DNA of 64,000 bases from Oscillospiraceae bacterium (GCA_015064725.1 SVRQ01000010.1:674-64673); one strand, 5' to 3'. Positions 19,221 to 27,799 are shown, counted from the stretch's first letter. The notes: generated by a model not told the origin, from the sequence alone. Numbers and translations: made by a program.

Positions 19221-20723
19221 TCAGCGTACGTTTGCAAACAGCTCAATACCTTTTTCAAGCAAGGTCGATATCGGCTGCGAATTTATGCCGACAGCTGCGT
19301 TAATGGCAACAAATATAAGCGCACAAACGGCAAAGGAAGCATATACGCGCGTTTTTGCCGATGCGCCGCCCTCACAGGGATGATAGACGGTAAGCACGGT
19401 ACGCATAAAATACATTACGTTGAGCATCGTGCTCACAGCAAGAGCAACAAGCACCAACAGCATCCTTGAGCTTGACTCAAAGGCAGAGGATGCAAAGAGA
19501 AGCTTAGGGATAAATCCCGCAAACATCGGCACGCCCACCATTGAAAGCGAACCCACAAGGAAAGCAGCACCCGCTATCTTGTTTTTGTGCGCGGAGGAGC
19601 GAAGCGAAGCAATATCCTGCTTGCCGCCCGCGGCATCGCAAAGACCGCCGGCAGATATAAACAGCATAGCTTTTGTGAGCGAATGGAACACTATCTGGAA
19701 AAGCGAAGCGACTATTGCAGTGCGCGTTCCAAGTCCCAATCCCATATAGATATAGCCTATCTGCGCCGCAGAGGAATACGCTATCATAAACTTCACGTTC
19801 TTTGCGCGGATGGCAGAAACCGAGCCGAGGATCATTCCGTGTATGCCAAAGATAAAAAGTATATTCTGCACGCCCGTTCCGAAGAAAACGTCAAAGCCGA
19901 CAACGCGGAAGATTATTTTGAAAAGCAGGAAGATATATCCCTTGGATATGACGCCGGAAAGAATGGCGGACGCGGCAGGGGTTGCCGTGCCGTACGTATC
20001 CGGCATCCATAAGTGGAACGGAAAAAGGCCGCTTTTTACGCCAAGTCCCGAAACGATAAGTCCTATCGCCACGGTAAGCGGAAAATCATAGCTGCCCTCG
20101 CTGTGCAGATGAGTTATCGCCTCATAAAGATCCGCAAAGAGCAGGTGTCCCGTTATAGAATAAAGAAGTATGACACCAATGAGCAAAAAGCCGGAGCCGA
20201 TAAGGCTGAATATCATATATCTTGTGGCCGCGATAAGGGATCTTCCCTTGTCACTCGCCATGAGCAGCGAGCAGGAGGCGATAGTGCATATCTCCACGAA
20301 AACGTAAGCGGTAAAAATATCGTTAGTATAGCAAAGTGCAACAAGCGCGGCGTGGCAAAGGTTCACCATAACGTAAAAAAGCTTTTGCTTTTCTTCGGGA
20401 ATATCGGAGAAAATTCGTTTTTCGCCGCCTATGACGGAAAGAAGCATAACGACCTCAAAAAGAAGCGCAAAGAACGGCTCCAAAAGCCCTGCGGAGATCT
20501 CGTTTCCGATGGGCGCATCGTAATGTCCCATACGGTAAACGAAATAACCCGTTTCCGAGGAAAGATTATATATTATCACAAAGCAGGACATAACGGCGCA
20601 CGCAGAAAGCAAGAAATACGTCACAAAGCGTGCGCGTCTTCCCTTGAAAGCAAAGGCGACCACAGAGCTGAAAAGAGAAAGAACTATCGTTATGAACGGA
20701 AAATTCATCAAAACATCCATCAT
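19221..20723 (-). CDS. mrpD: MrpD/NuoM-N-like antiporter subunit (copy 1)
   Basis: 500 aa polytopic protein. Motif GLGVKSGLFPFHLWMPDTYGTATPAASAILSGVISKG. ATGA overlap with the mrpC stop. Confidence 0.8.
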   Translation of the reverse strand: MMDVLMNFPFITIVLSLFSSVVAFAFKGRRARFVTYFLLSACAVMSCFVIIYNLSSETGYFVYRMGHYDAPIGNEISAGLLEPFFALLFEVVMLLSVIGGEKRIFSDIPEEKQKLFYVMVNLCHAALVALCYTNDIFTAYVFVEICTIASCSLLMASDKGRSLIAATRYMIFSLIGSGFLLIGVILLYSITGHLLFADLYEAITHLHSEGSYDFPLTVAIGLIVSGLGVKSGLFPFHLWMPDTYGTATPAASAILSGVISKGYIFLLFKIIFRVVGFDVFFGTGVQNILFIFGIHGMILGSVSAIRAKNVKFMIAYSSAAQIGYIYMGLGLGTRTAIVASLFQIVFHSLTKAMLFISAGGLCDAAGGKQDIASLRSSAHKNKIAGAAFLVGSLSMVGVPMFAGFIPKLLFASSAFESSSRMLLVLVALAVSTMLNVMYFMRTVLTVYHPCEGGASAKTRVYASFAVCALIFVAINAAVGINSQPISTLLEKGIELFANVR

Positions 20724-21091
20724 TCTTCCTCCCGCTTCATATGCATATACATTTCATCAAGGTCAAGAGTATGGTATTTTTTATAAAGGCGCACGCAAAG
20801 CGCAAGCGTCAGCGCGGAAACACTGACGGAAACGACGATTCCCGTCAGCACAAGTCCCGAGGGAATTGGGTTTATATAATCCATCGGGTTCACCTCCCCC
20901 TCCGGGGGAACTATCGGTGTGAGCGCATCTCTGATATATCCCATAGATGCAAGGAAAAGATAAACGCCCGTATCCATAATGTTGAGCCCGATTATCTTTT
21001 TTAGCAGATTGCGGGCAAAGACAAGCATAGTAAAGCCTATTGCAAAGAGTATCATAGCAACAAGCTCTTCGTAATTTTCAAGCAGATTCAA
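20720..21091 (-). CDS. mrpC: cation:proton antiporter subunit C (MrpC/MnhC, NuoK-like)
   Basis: ORF 20720..21142. Three-TM NuoK-like protein (ILFAIGFTMLVFARNLLKKIIGLNIMDTGVYLFL). The start is uncertain: TTG 21091 overlaps the mrpB stop and has AAGGGGG upstream; ATG 21055 and ATG 21142 are alternatives. Confidence 0.7.
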   Translation of the reverse strand: MNLLENYEELVAMILFAIGFTMLVFARNLLKKIIGLNIMDTGVYLFLASMGYIRDALTPIVPPEGEVNPMDYINPIPSGLVLTGIVVSVSVSALTLALCVRLYKKYHTLDLDEMYMHMKREEE

Positions 21092-22002
21092 TTCATACGC
21101 CCCCTTTTGAAAAGCATATAGAAGCTGTACATCGTGCAGCATACCACAAGACCGACAGCTATGTTAAGCGGCATTATAAGTCCGCCCGAAAGTATATCTC
21201 CCGGTGTTCCCGCAGAGATAACGGAGTGAACTCCGTTGAATTCGTTACCCGTAAAGAAAGAGTAGCTTTTTGCAAGACAGTAGAACGAAAGAGCGCAGAT
21301 GGTAACTGCCTTTATCTTTCTCTCGCTCAGAACTTTAAGCGCCTGCTCTTCCCCGTAAACCATAGCGTAGAGTATAAAGCCGGCGCCGAGGATAGCACCG
21401 CCCGAAAAGCCGCCGCCGGGGGAAAGATGGCCGTTTACAAGGATATACGCCCCGAAAACAAGTATCAGAGGGATGAGTATCTTCGCTATTGACTTAACAA
21501 TGGGATCGCGGGAGTAGTTAACGGTTTCGTGCATTTCTTTTTTCGGCGTTTTATGCTTATCGTCCATAAGTATCAGGACAGCGCAAGTCGCCGTAAAAAG
21601 CACAAAGGATTCTCCGAGCGTGTCAAATGCACGGTAATCAAGTATCATACCGGCAACGGTGTTGACAGCACCCGTTTCATCCCTGCCCTGTGAAACGTAA
21701 TGCTCATACACCTCGTTCACGGCAGGCACGTCCGATTTTGCAAACGTCGGCAGGAAATATACCGTTGCGGTAAGTATGCCGATAAGTATTACGCAGAAAA
21801 TAACGGAAAGCACCTTATATTCTTTAAAGGAAAGCTTTATCTCTTTTTTCTCCAGAGAGTGGATTATTTTCGTTTCCTCCTCTTCATCCTTTTTGGAGGG
21901 ATTCACGGCGGAGGGCTGCTCCTTTTCCTCCGCTATTTTTTCGGTGAGATCGACCTCGCCCAAAAGCCAGGAGGAAAATTTTTCGGAAAATTTATTTTTC
22001 AT
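21088..22002 (-). CDS. mrpB: MnhB/MrpB-domain subunit with acidic N-terminal extension
   Basis: ORF 21088..22026. ATG 22002 is preferred (AAGGAGGAG RBS). MnhB-domain signature GAVNTVAGMILDYRAFDTLGESFVLFTA. Confidence 0.75.
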   Translation of the reverse strand: MKNKFSEKFSSWLLGEVDLTEKIAEEKEQPSAVNPSKKDEEEETKIIHSLEKKEIKLSFKEYKVLSVIFCVILIGILTATVYFLPTFAKSDVPAVNEVYEHYVSQGRDETGAVNTVAGMILDYRAFDTLGESFVLFTATCAVLILMDDKHKTPKKEMHETVNYSRDPIVKSIAKILIPLILVFGAYILVNGHLSPGGGFSGGAILGAGFILYAMVYGEEQALKVLSERKIKAVTICALSFYCLAKSYSFFTGNEFNGVHSVISAGTPGDILSGGLIMPLNIAVGLVVCCTMYSFYMLFKRGRMN

Positions 22003-22309
22003 CGTTTTTCTCCTCCTTGCTTTCATTCTGCAACATAAGCTCTTCTTCTTTATCCTTATCTATAAGGTGAAGCTTTCGAAGCGTCAGGAAGAAAAGCACG
22101 CCCGTAACGCCGGCGCCGACCGCCGCCTCCGTTATCGCAAGGTCGGGAGAGCGCAAAAGCACCCAAACAACGGACATAATTATGCTGTAAGCGGTAAATA
22201 TTATTATCATAGTCATAGGCTTTTTGGAAAAAGCCGTTGCCACGGCGCACACGATAAGGGAAATAAGAAGTATTATTCTGAATACGGTTATAAGTATCTC
22301 CATTTTCAT
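21992..22309 (-). CDS. DUF4040 / MbhD-like subunit (equivalent to the MrpA C-terminal segment)
   Basis: ORF 21992..22405. ATG 22309 forms an ATGA overlap with the mrpG stop and has AGGAGGA directly upstream. Motif SPDLAITEAAVGAGVTG is typical of DUF4040. Confidence 0.7.
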   Translation of the reverse strand: MKMEILITVFRIILLISLIVCAVATAFSKKPMTMIIIFTAYSIIMSVVWVLLRSPDLAITEAAVGAGVTGVLFFLTLRKLHLIDKDKEEELMLQNESKEEKNDEK

Positions 22310-22635
22310 TCCTCCTTGGGAAGCTCGCAATGCTCTCCGATGTGCTCGTCCGTAAGGTATTCCGCCTTTGTAAGCATATGGGAGGTAAGCGGACAGGTAC
22401 ACCATTGAATAAAGATTATAAGAGCGAATTTTACAAGTATAATATCAAGCCCTATGGCAAAAATACTGCCTATAAAGAAAAACATAAGCACGATGGTATC
22501 GTTCATCGCGGCGCAATGTATGCGGTTGAGCGCAAAACGGAAGCGGTACGTCCCGAGTATGGAGATAAAGAGCATAACGAGCGCCACGGCGAAGAAGAGC
22601 GCGACCGCGCCGAATCTTATCCATTCAATAATCAT
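22306..22635 (-). CDS. mrpG: monovalent cation/H+ antiporter subunit G
   Basis: ORF 22306..22773. ATG 22635 is preferred (GGAGGAAAG RBS; ATGA-type junction with the mrpF stop 22632). GTYRFRFALNRIHCAAMNDT matches the MnhG pattern GxxRFxxxxxRxHaxxxxxT. Confidence 0.75.
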   Translation of the reverse strand: MIIEWIRFGAVALFFAVALVMLFISILGTYRFRFALNRIHCAAMNDTIVLMFFFIGSIFAIGLDIILVKFALIIFIQWCTCPLTSHMLTKAEYLTDEHIGEHCELPKEE

Positions 22636-22928
22636 TTCTTTCCTCCGTTCTTCGTGCCGAAAAGGTTGATGTATATCTTGCAAAGTATCATTACCGCAAG
22701 GAAGCTGAGTATGACGTATATCATACCTATATCGGGAAGATAGCTCTCCCCGAAAAGAAGCGCAAGCACGCATATCGCGCTTACAACTATCGTGGTTATC
22801 ATATTGATACCGATAAATTTATCCACGGTCCTCTTTCCCGTTATCGCACGGATAAGGCAGAGCAAAAGCGCAATACCGAGGAAAATGAGCACGACGGAAT
22901 ATAAAATATTATAAGCGTTCTCTAACAT
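22632..22928 (-). CDS. mrpF: monovalent cation/H+ antiporter subunit F
   Basis: ORF 22632..22949 (TTG). ATG 22928 is preferred (AAGGATGG RBS). About 98 aa with 3 TM helices; LCLIRAITGKRTVDKFIGINMITT is typical of MrpF. Confidence 0.75.
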   Translation of the reverse strand: MLENAYNILYSVVLIFLGIALLLCLIRAITGKRTVDKFIGINMITTIVVSAICVLALLFGESYLPDIGMIYVILSFLAVMILCKIYINLFGTKNGGKK

Positions 22929-22929
22929 T

Positions 22930-23403
22930 TCATTTTTCCATCCTTTCAAGAAGTTTTACAAACGTGCTGTGCTCTATTCCTTCTATAAAAGAACGGTCCA
23001 GGCAATGCACGGTATATTCATCCCCGTTTTGCTCTATGGTTATAGTTCCCGGGGTAAGCGTTATGGAGTTTGAAAGAAGCATACGCGAAAAGCTCTTTTT
23101 CAGCGGTATTTTGATTTTTACGACTGCGGGAGAAATTTTTTTCTTTTTGTTGAGTATGATAACTATAACGGCAAAATTGGATCTGAGCACCTCCCACACC
23201 AAGACCGCGGCATAAGCCAAAAGCAAAAATGCATTGCGCCAGAAATAAAGCTCCGCACGGGGCTTGAGTCCGAGCGCAGTTACGGCAAAAGCATAGACGA
23301 GTGCCGTAACGATAACGCCGGAAACAATAATTTCCGCCATTCCCGCATCAAGCGTGAACCTTCCGTTTAAAACTATCCAAAGCAAAAACAACAATATCGC
23401 CAT
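22930..23403 (-). CDS. mrpE: Na+/H+ antiporter subunit E
   Basis: 157 aa. MAILLFLLWIVLNGRFTLDAGMAEIIVSGVIV followed by a C-terminal soluble part, as in MrpE/MnhE. First gene of the operon. Confidence 0.75.
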   Translation of the reverse strand: MAILLFLLWIVLNGRFTLDAGMAEIIVSGVIVTALVYAFAVTALGLKPRAELYFWRNAFLLLAYAAVLVWEVLRSNFAVIVIILNKKKKISPAVVKIKIPLKKSFSRMLLSNSITLTPGTITIEQNGDEYTVHCLDRSFIEGIEHSTFVKLLERMEK

Positions 23404-23500
23404 AAAACAATATCCTTTCAGAATTTAAAGAAAAAGCAACGCCGCGCGCCGTATCCCGGACACGCGGAGCGCGTTCATATTTTGTTCTTAATAATTTTAC

Positions 23501-23529
23501 ATTATAACATTACAAATTAAAAATATCAA
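23501..23529 (-). promoter_or_regulatory. sigma-A type promoter of the Mrp-like operon
   Basis: Minus strand: TTGATA (23524-23529), 17-nt spacer, TATAAT (23501-23506), preceded by TGt. About 90 nt of 5' UTR containing a GC-rich inverted repeat (ccgcg...cgcgg, about 23441-23466). Confidence 0.5.
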
Positions 23530-23560
23530 TAGATTATATACCATAAAACTCAATAATCGA

Positions 23561-23589
23561 TTGACTTAATTTTATAAAAATTATATAAT
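23561..23589 (+). promoter_or_regulatory. sigma-A type promoter of the rnf operon
   Basis: TTGACT (23561-23566), 17-nt spacer, TATAAT (23584-23589). It lies 31 nt from the divergent mrp -35 element. Confidence 0.55.
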
Positions 23590-23665
23590 TAAAGTAATAC
23601 TGTTTATACAGATATTATTTTTGAATATATAACAGATCCTAAAAAAACGATCAAAGAGGTGAAAT

Positions 23666-24991
23666 ATGTCTTTTCTTCTTCACGGCGTTCATCTTCCGCA
23701 CAGGAAGAATACCGCCGATATGGAGCCTGTGCGTATGAGCGCTCCGAGCAAGATAATCCTTCCGATGTCTATGCACATAGGTGCGCCCGCCATCCCTTGC
23801 GTTAAAGCAGGAGATCACGTTGACGTCGGCACGCCGGTCGGCACACCAAACGGTTACGTCAGCTCCCCCATATATTCAAGCGTTTCGGGCACGGTAAAAA
23901 AGATAGAGGATATTCTGCTTTCAAGCGGGAAGCCTTGCCCCGCCGTAATTATAGAATCGGACGGGCTTATGACGCCCGACCCGAATATCGTCCCGCCCCA
24001 AGTGAACTGTTACGATGACTTTATCTCTGCCGTAAGGCAAAGCGGCGTTGTCGGACTTGGCGGTGCAGGCTTTCCCACGCACGTTAAGCTGGACGTTAAG
24101 GATATCTCAAGGATTCAAGAGCTTATAATAAACGGCGCGGAGTGCGAACCGTACATCACAAGCGACACTCGTACGATGATAGACAAGGCGCACGAGATAG
24201 AAAACGCCGTATCCGTTTTTGAAAAATACCTTGGCATCAAAAAAACAATAATCGGTATAGAGGAAAACAAAAAGAAAGCCATTGCAAAAATGCAGGAGAT
24301 CTCAAAAAGAGATCCGCGCGTTGAAGTAAAAATACTTCCAAGCGTCTATCCGCAGGGCGGCGAAAAGGTGCTTGTTTACCACACAACGGGAAAAGTCATT
24401 CCGGCAGGCAAGCTGCCGCTTGACGTAGGCTGCATCGTTTGCAACTGCACAACGATGGCGGCTGTTTCCAACTTCATAAAAACGGGTATGCCGCTTGTAA
24501 CAAAGTGCATAACCGTTGAAGGAAGTGCCGTAAAAGAACCTAAAAACGTGATAGTTCCCATCGGAACACCCATATCCGACGTTTTTGAGTTTTGCGGCGG
24601 ATTTTCCGAAGAACCGCACAAAATTCTCTACGGAGGACCTATGATGGGTATTTCCGTACCCGATACAAGCCTTCCCGTCCTCAAAAACACAAACGCACTT
24701 CTTGCTTTCGGTAAAAAGGATGCCGTGCGTCCCCGTTCCACACAGTGCATACATTGCGGTCTTTGCGTATCGCACTGTCCCGTAAATCTTTCCCCCGTAG
24801 GGATCGCACGCGCTTACAAAAGCGGAGATGCAGAAGCTCTTTTAAAGCTTCGCGTGGATATATGTATGGAGTGCGGCTGCTGCTCCTACGTTTGCCCTGC
24901 AAAGCGTCCGCTTGTGGAAACGAACAAAATGTCTAAAACCCTGCTGCGCGAGTATATGAACGCGCAGAAAGCAAAGGAGGGCGCAAAATGA
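23666..24991 (+). CDS. rnfC: Rnf complex subunit C
   Basis: 441 aa. GLGGAGFPTHVK nucleotide/FMN site and two ferredoxin motifs (CIHCGLCVSHCP, CMECGCCSYVCP). AGAGG RBS. Confidence 0.92.
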   Translation: MSFLLHGVHLPHRKNTADMEPVRMSAPSKIILPMSMHIGAPAIPCVKAGDHVDVGTPVGTPNGYVSSPIYSSVSGTVKKIEDILLSSGKPCPAVIIESDGLMTPDPNIVPPQVNCYDDFISAVRQSGVVGLGGAGFPTHVKLDVKDISRIQELIINGAECEPYITSDTRTMIDKAHEIENAVSVFEKYLGIKKTIIGIEENKKKAIAKMQEISKRDPRVEVKILPSVYPQGGEKVLVYHTTGKVIPAGKLPLDVGCIVCNCTTMAAVSNFIKTGMPLVTKCITVEGSAVKEPKNVIVPIGTPISDVFEFCGGFSEEPHKILYGGPMMGISVPDTSLPVLKNTNALLAFGKKDAVRPRSTQCIHCGLCVSHCPVNLSPVGIARAYKSGDAEALLKLRVDICMECGCCSYVCPAKRPLVETNKMSKTLLREYMNAQKAKEGAK

Positions 24992-25911
24992 GCAAGCTTC
25001 GTATCTCTGTTTCTCCCCACATCCACAGCCCCGTCACCACACAGCGCATAATGCTCGATATGATAATTGCGCTTCTCCCCGCCCTTATTGCGGGAACGGT
25101 AATATTCGGGCTTCGTGCGCTCGCAGTTACCGCCGTGTGCGCGGCGGTATGCGTCCTTTCGGAATTCATATTCAATAAAATATGCAAAAAAGAGCTCACG
25201 ATAAACGACCTGAGTGCCGTTGTAACAGGACTTTTGCTCGCGCTGAGTCTTCCCGTAAACGTTCCCCTTTGGCAGGCAGCCGTCGGCTCCGCATTTTCAA
25301 TAATCGTTGTAAAATGTCTTTTCGGCGGAATCGGGCAGAACTTTGCAAACCCCGCTATCACGGGCAGAGTTTTTATGCTCGTCACATTCGGCTCTCTTGC
25401 AAATGCGGCTTACCCTGAAATCGTTGACACGGCGGCAGGCGCAACACCGCTTGTAACACTTTCACAGGGCGGCTCTGTAGAAATAACAGATCTTCTCCTC
25501 GGTCTTCGCGGCGGTGCCATAGGCGAGACCTGCACGATCGCCCTCATCCTCGGTGGAATTTATCTTTTGGCGCGCAAGGTCATCGTGCCGCACACTCCCG
25601 TGGCTTTTATCGTAACGGTATTCCTGCTCTCCTTCGCGGTAACGCTTGACGCTTACAGTGCGCTTTGCTATACCCTTTCGGGCGGTCTTTTCATAAGCGC
25701 CATATTTATGGCAACGGACTATTCCACAACTCCTCTTACAAAATGGGGCAAGGTCATCTTCGGCATCGGCGCAGGCGCGCTTACCGTCCTTATAAGATTT
25801 TGGGGCGTATATCCCGAGGGTGTTTCATTTGCCATCCTCCTTATGAATATTCTTTCGCCTTATATCGATAAATGGACGGCGAAAAAGCCTTTCGGAGGTG
25901 TTGCAAAATGA
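24988..25911 (+). CDS. rnfD: Rnf complex subunit D
   Basis: 307 aa polytopic protein. ATGA overlap with rnfC. Flavinylation-type motif TAAGATPL. Confidence 0.9.
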   Translation: MSKLRISVSPHIHSPVTTQRIMLDMIIALLPALIAGTVIFGLRALAVTAVCAAVCVLSEFIFNKICKKELTINDLSAVVTGLLLALSLPVNVPLWQAAVGSAFSIIVVKCLFGGIGQNFANPAITGRVFMLVTFGSLANAAYPEIVDTAAGATPLVTLSQGGSVEITDLLLGLRGGAIGETCTIALILGGIYLLARKVIVPHTPVAFIVTVFLLSFAVTLDAYSALCYTLSGGLFISAIFMATDYSTTPLTKWGKVIFGIGAGALTVLIRFWGVYPEGVSFAILLMNILSPYIDKWTAKKPFGGVAK

Positions 25912-27071
25912 AAAAAGCCATACAAAGCATAGCAACACTAACGCTTATCTGCACCATAATCTCCGCGCTTCTCGCCGCAGTCAACTTCGTAACGGCACCG
26001 ATAATAGAAAAAGCGGAAGCAGAAAAAGCAAACGAGGCGCTTCTCGTCGTTATGCCGGAGGGAAAAGGCTTTTCCGAGCTTTCCGTTTCGGATTACGAGC
26101 TTCCAAACTCCGTTGTCAGCCTATACCGTGAGGAAAGCGGCGGCTATATCTTCAAAATGGTAACAACAGGCTATTCCTCCGGTCTTACGGTTATGTGCGG
26201 TATAGATAAAGACGGCAAAATAACAGGCGCTGTCTGCCTTGCAAGCGGAGAAACCCTCGGCTATGAAAAATCTTACGGCGAAAACTTCAAGGGACTTGAC
26301 GCGTCCGCGGCAGACAGTGTTGACACCATCTCCGGTGCAACAAAAACTACCTCCGCATACAAAAACGCGGTAAAGGATGCGCTAAGCTCCTTTATAATAG
26401 TAAACGGCGGAAGCGTTGATATACGCACGGAAGAAGAGATCCTTGCGGACAACCTCTCGGCAGCGCTCCCGAACGGCGAAAATTTCACAAAAGAGTTTAT
26501 TACCGAGGTGCTTGACGGTGTTTCTGCAATATATAAAGCAGGCAACGGCGAAGGTTTTGTAGTTGTTTCGGGCGAAAAATTTATCGGCATCGATAAAAAC
26601 GGCAACGCTCTCGCTGAAAACGATGAAGAAATAAAAGCTCTCGCCCTCTCCGCGCTTGAAAAGCACAAAGATTCCGCATATTCCGAGATAGACCTTTCCT
26701 CCTATGAGGGTATTTCCGAAAGAATAGAAAAAGCCTATAAAACAGAAAGCGGAAATTATATCTTCGACCTTGCGGCGGCAGGCTACGGAATAAACGGAAG
26801 TTACCACGCATCCGGCGAATATATCCGCATAAAAGTAAGCGCCACGCAGGACGGCAAGATAATCTCCTGTCTCACCGTTTCCCAAAATGAAACGGATGGC
26901 ATCGGATCCGAATGTGCAAAGCCCTCATACTACGAGCAGTATAACGGCAAAACGGAAGACACGATATCGGAGGTCGATGCCATCGGCGGCGCAACGCTTA
27001 CAAGCAGAGGCTACAGCACAGCTGTTTCAAAGGTATTTGAAGCTATAAAAATATTGAAAGGAGCAAACTGA
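25908..27071 (+). CDS. rnfG: Rnf complex subunit G, unusually long with two FMN_bind-type domains
   Basis: ORF 25872..27071. ATG 25908 gives an ATGA overlap with rnfD. N-terminal TM anchor. Two flavinylation-type motifs: DTISGATKTTSAYKNAV (Thr codon 26340-26342) and DAIGGATLTSRGYSTAV (Thr codon 26994-26996). Confidence 0.85.
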   Translation: MKKAIQSIATLTLICTIISALLAAVNFVTAPIIEKAEAEKANEALLVVMPEGKGFSELSVSDYELPNSVVSLYREESGGYIFKMVTTGYSSGLTVMCGIDKDGKITGAVCLASGETLGYEKSYGENFKGLDASAADSVDTISGATKTTSAYKNAVKDALSSFIIVNGGSVDIRTEEEILADNLSAALPNGENFTKEFITEVLDGVSAIYKAGNGEGFVVVSGEKFIGIDKNGNALAENDEEIKALALSALEKHKDSAYSEIDLSSYEGISERIEKAYKTESGNYIFDLAAAGYGINGSYHASGEYIRIKVSATQDGKIISCLTVSQNETDGIGSECAKPSYYEQYNGKTEDTISEVDAIGGATLTSRGYSTAVSKVFEAIKILKGAN

Positions 27072-27073
27072 AT

Positions 27074-27799
27074 ATGAAAGAACAAAACAAGCTTTCCATA
27101 ATACTAAAGGGTCTGCTCCTTGAAAACCCCGTTTTCGTGCTTGTGCTTGGAACTTGCCCCACACTTGCCACAACAACGAGCGTCATCGGCGCACTCAGTA
27201 TGGGTCTTGCCGCCGCGGCGGTGCTCATCTGCTCCAACGTTGTTATATCTCTTTTGGGCAAGATCATCCCCGACAAGGTCCGCATACCCTGCTATATAGT
27301 TATCATCGCAGGTTTTGTGACCCTTGTTCAGATGCTGATGCACGCATATCTGCCCGAGCTTTATGAGTTGCTGGGCATTTACCTTGCGCTCATAACCGTA
27401 AACTGCATAATACTCGGCAGGGCGGAAATGTTCGCAAGCAAAAACGGTGTTCTTGAATCCGCGCTGGACGGCGTTGGTATGGGCCTTGGCTTCACGCTCG
27501 CGCTCCTTGCTATGGCAACGGTACGCGAAGTGTTCGGAAACGGCTCTTTTGCAGGCTTTGCCATCCCGTTCCTCGAAAATTACAGGATAGATTTTCTGAT
27601 CAAACCGCCCGGCGGATTTCTCATTTTCGGCGTGATGATCGCTATAGTCAACGCCGCAACAAAGTGCAAGGCAATAAAGAAAAAAGATTTCGGCTGCGAG
27701 GGTTGCCCTTCCGCTTCCGTCTGCCGTGCAAAGCCTTGCGCGGCGGCAGACGAAAACCTTACCACCAAGGTAGGAAACACGCAAAAGGAGGAAAAATAA
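27074..27799 (+). CDS. rnfE: Rnf complex subunit E with Cys-rich C-terminal tail
   Basis: 241 aa. ENPVFVLVLGTCPTLATTTS is typical of RnfE/NqrD. The tail is GCEGCPSASVCRAKPC. Confidence 0.9.
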   Translation: MKEQNKLSIILKGLLLENPVFVLVLGTCPTLATTTSVIGALSMGLAAAAVLICSNVVISLLGKIIPDKVRIPCYIVIIAGFVTLVQMLMHAYLPELYELLGIYLALITVNCIILGRAEMFASKNGVLESALDGVGMGLGFTLALLAMATVREVFGNGSFAGFAIPFLENYRIDFLIKPPGGFLIFGVMIAIVNAATKCKAIKKKDFGCEGCPSASVCRAKPCAAADENLTTKVGNTQKEEK

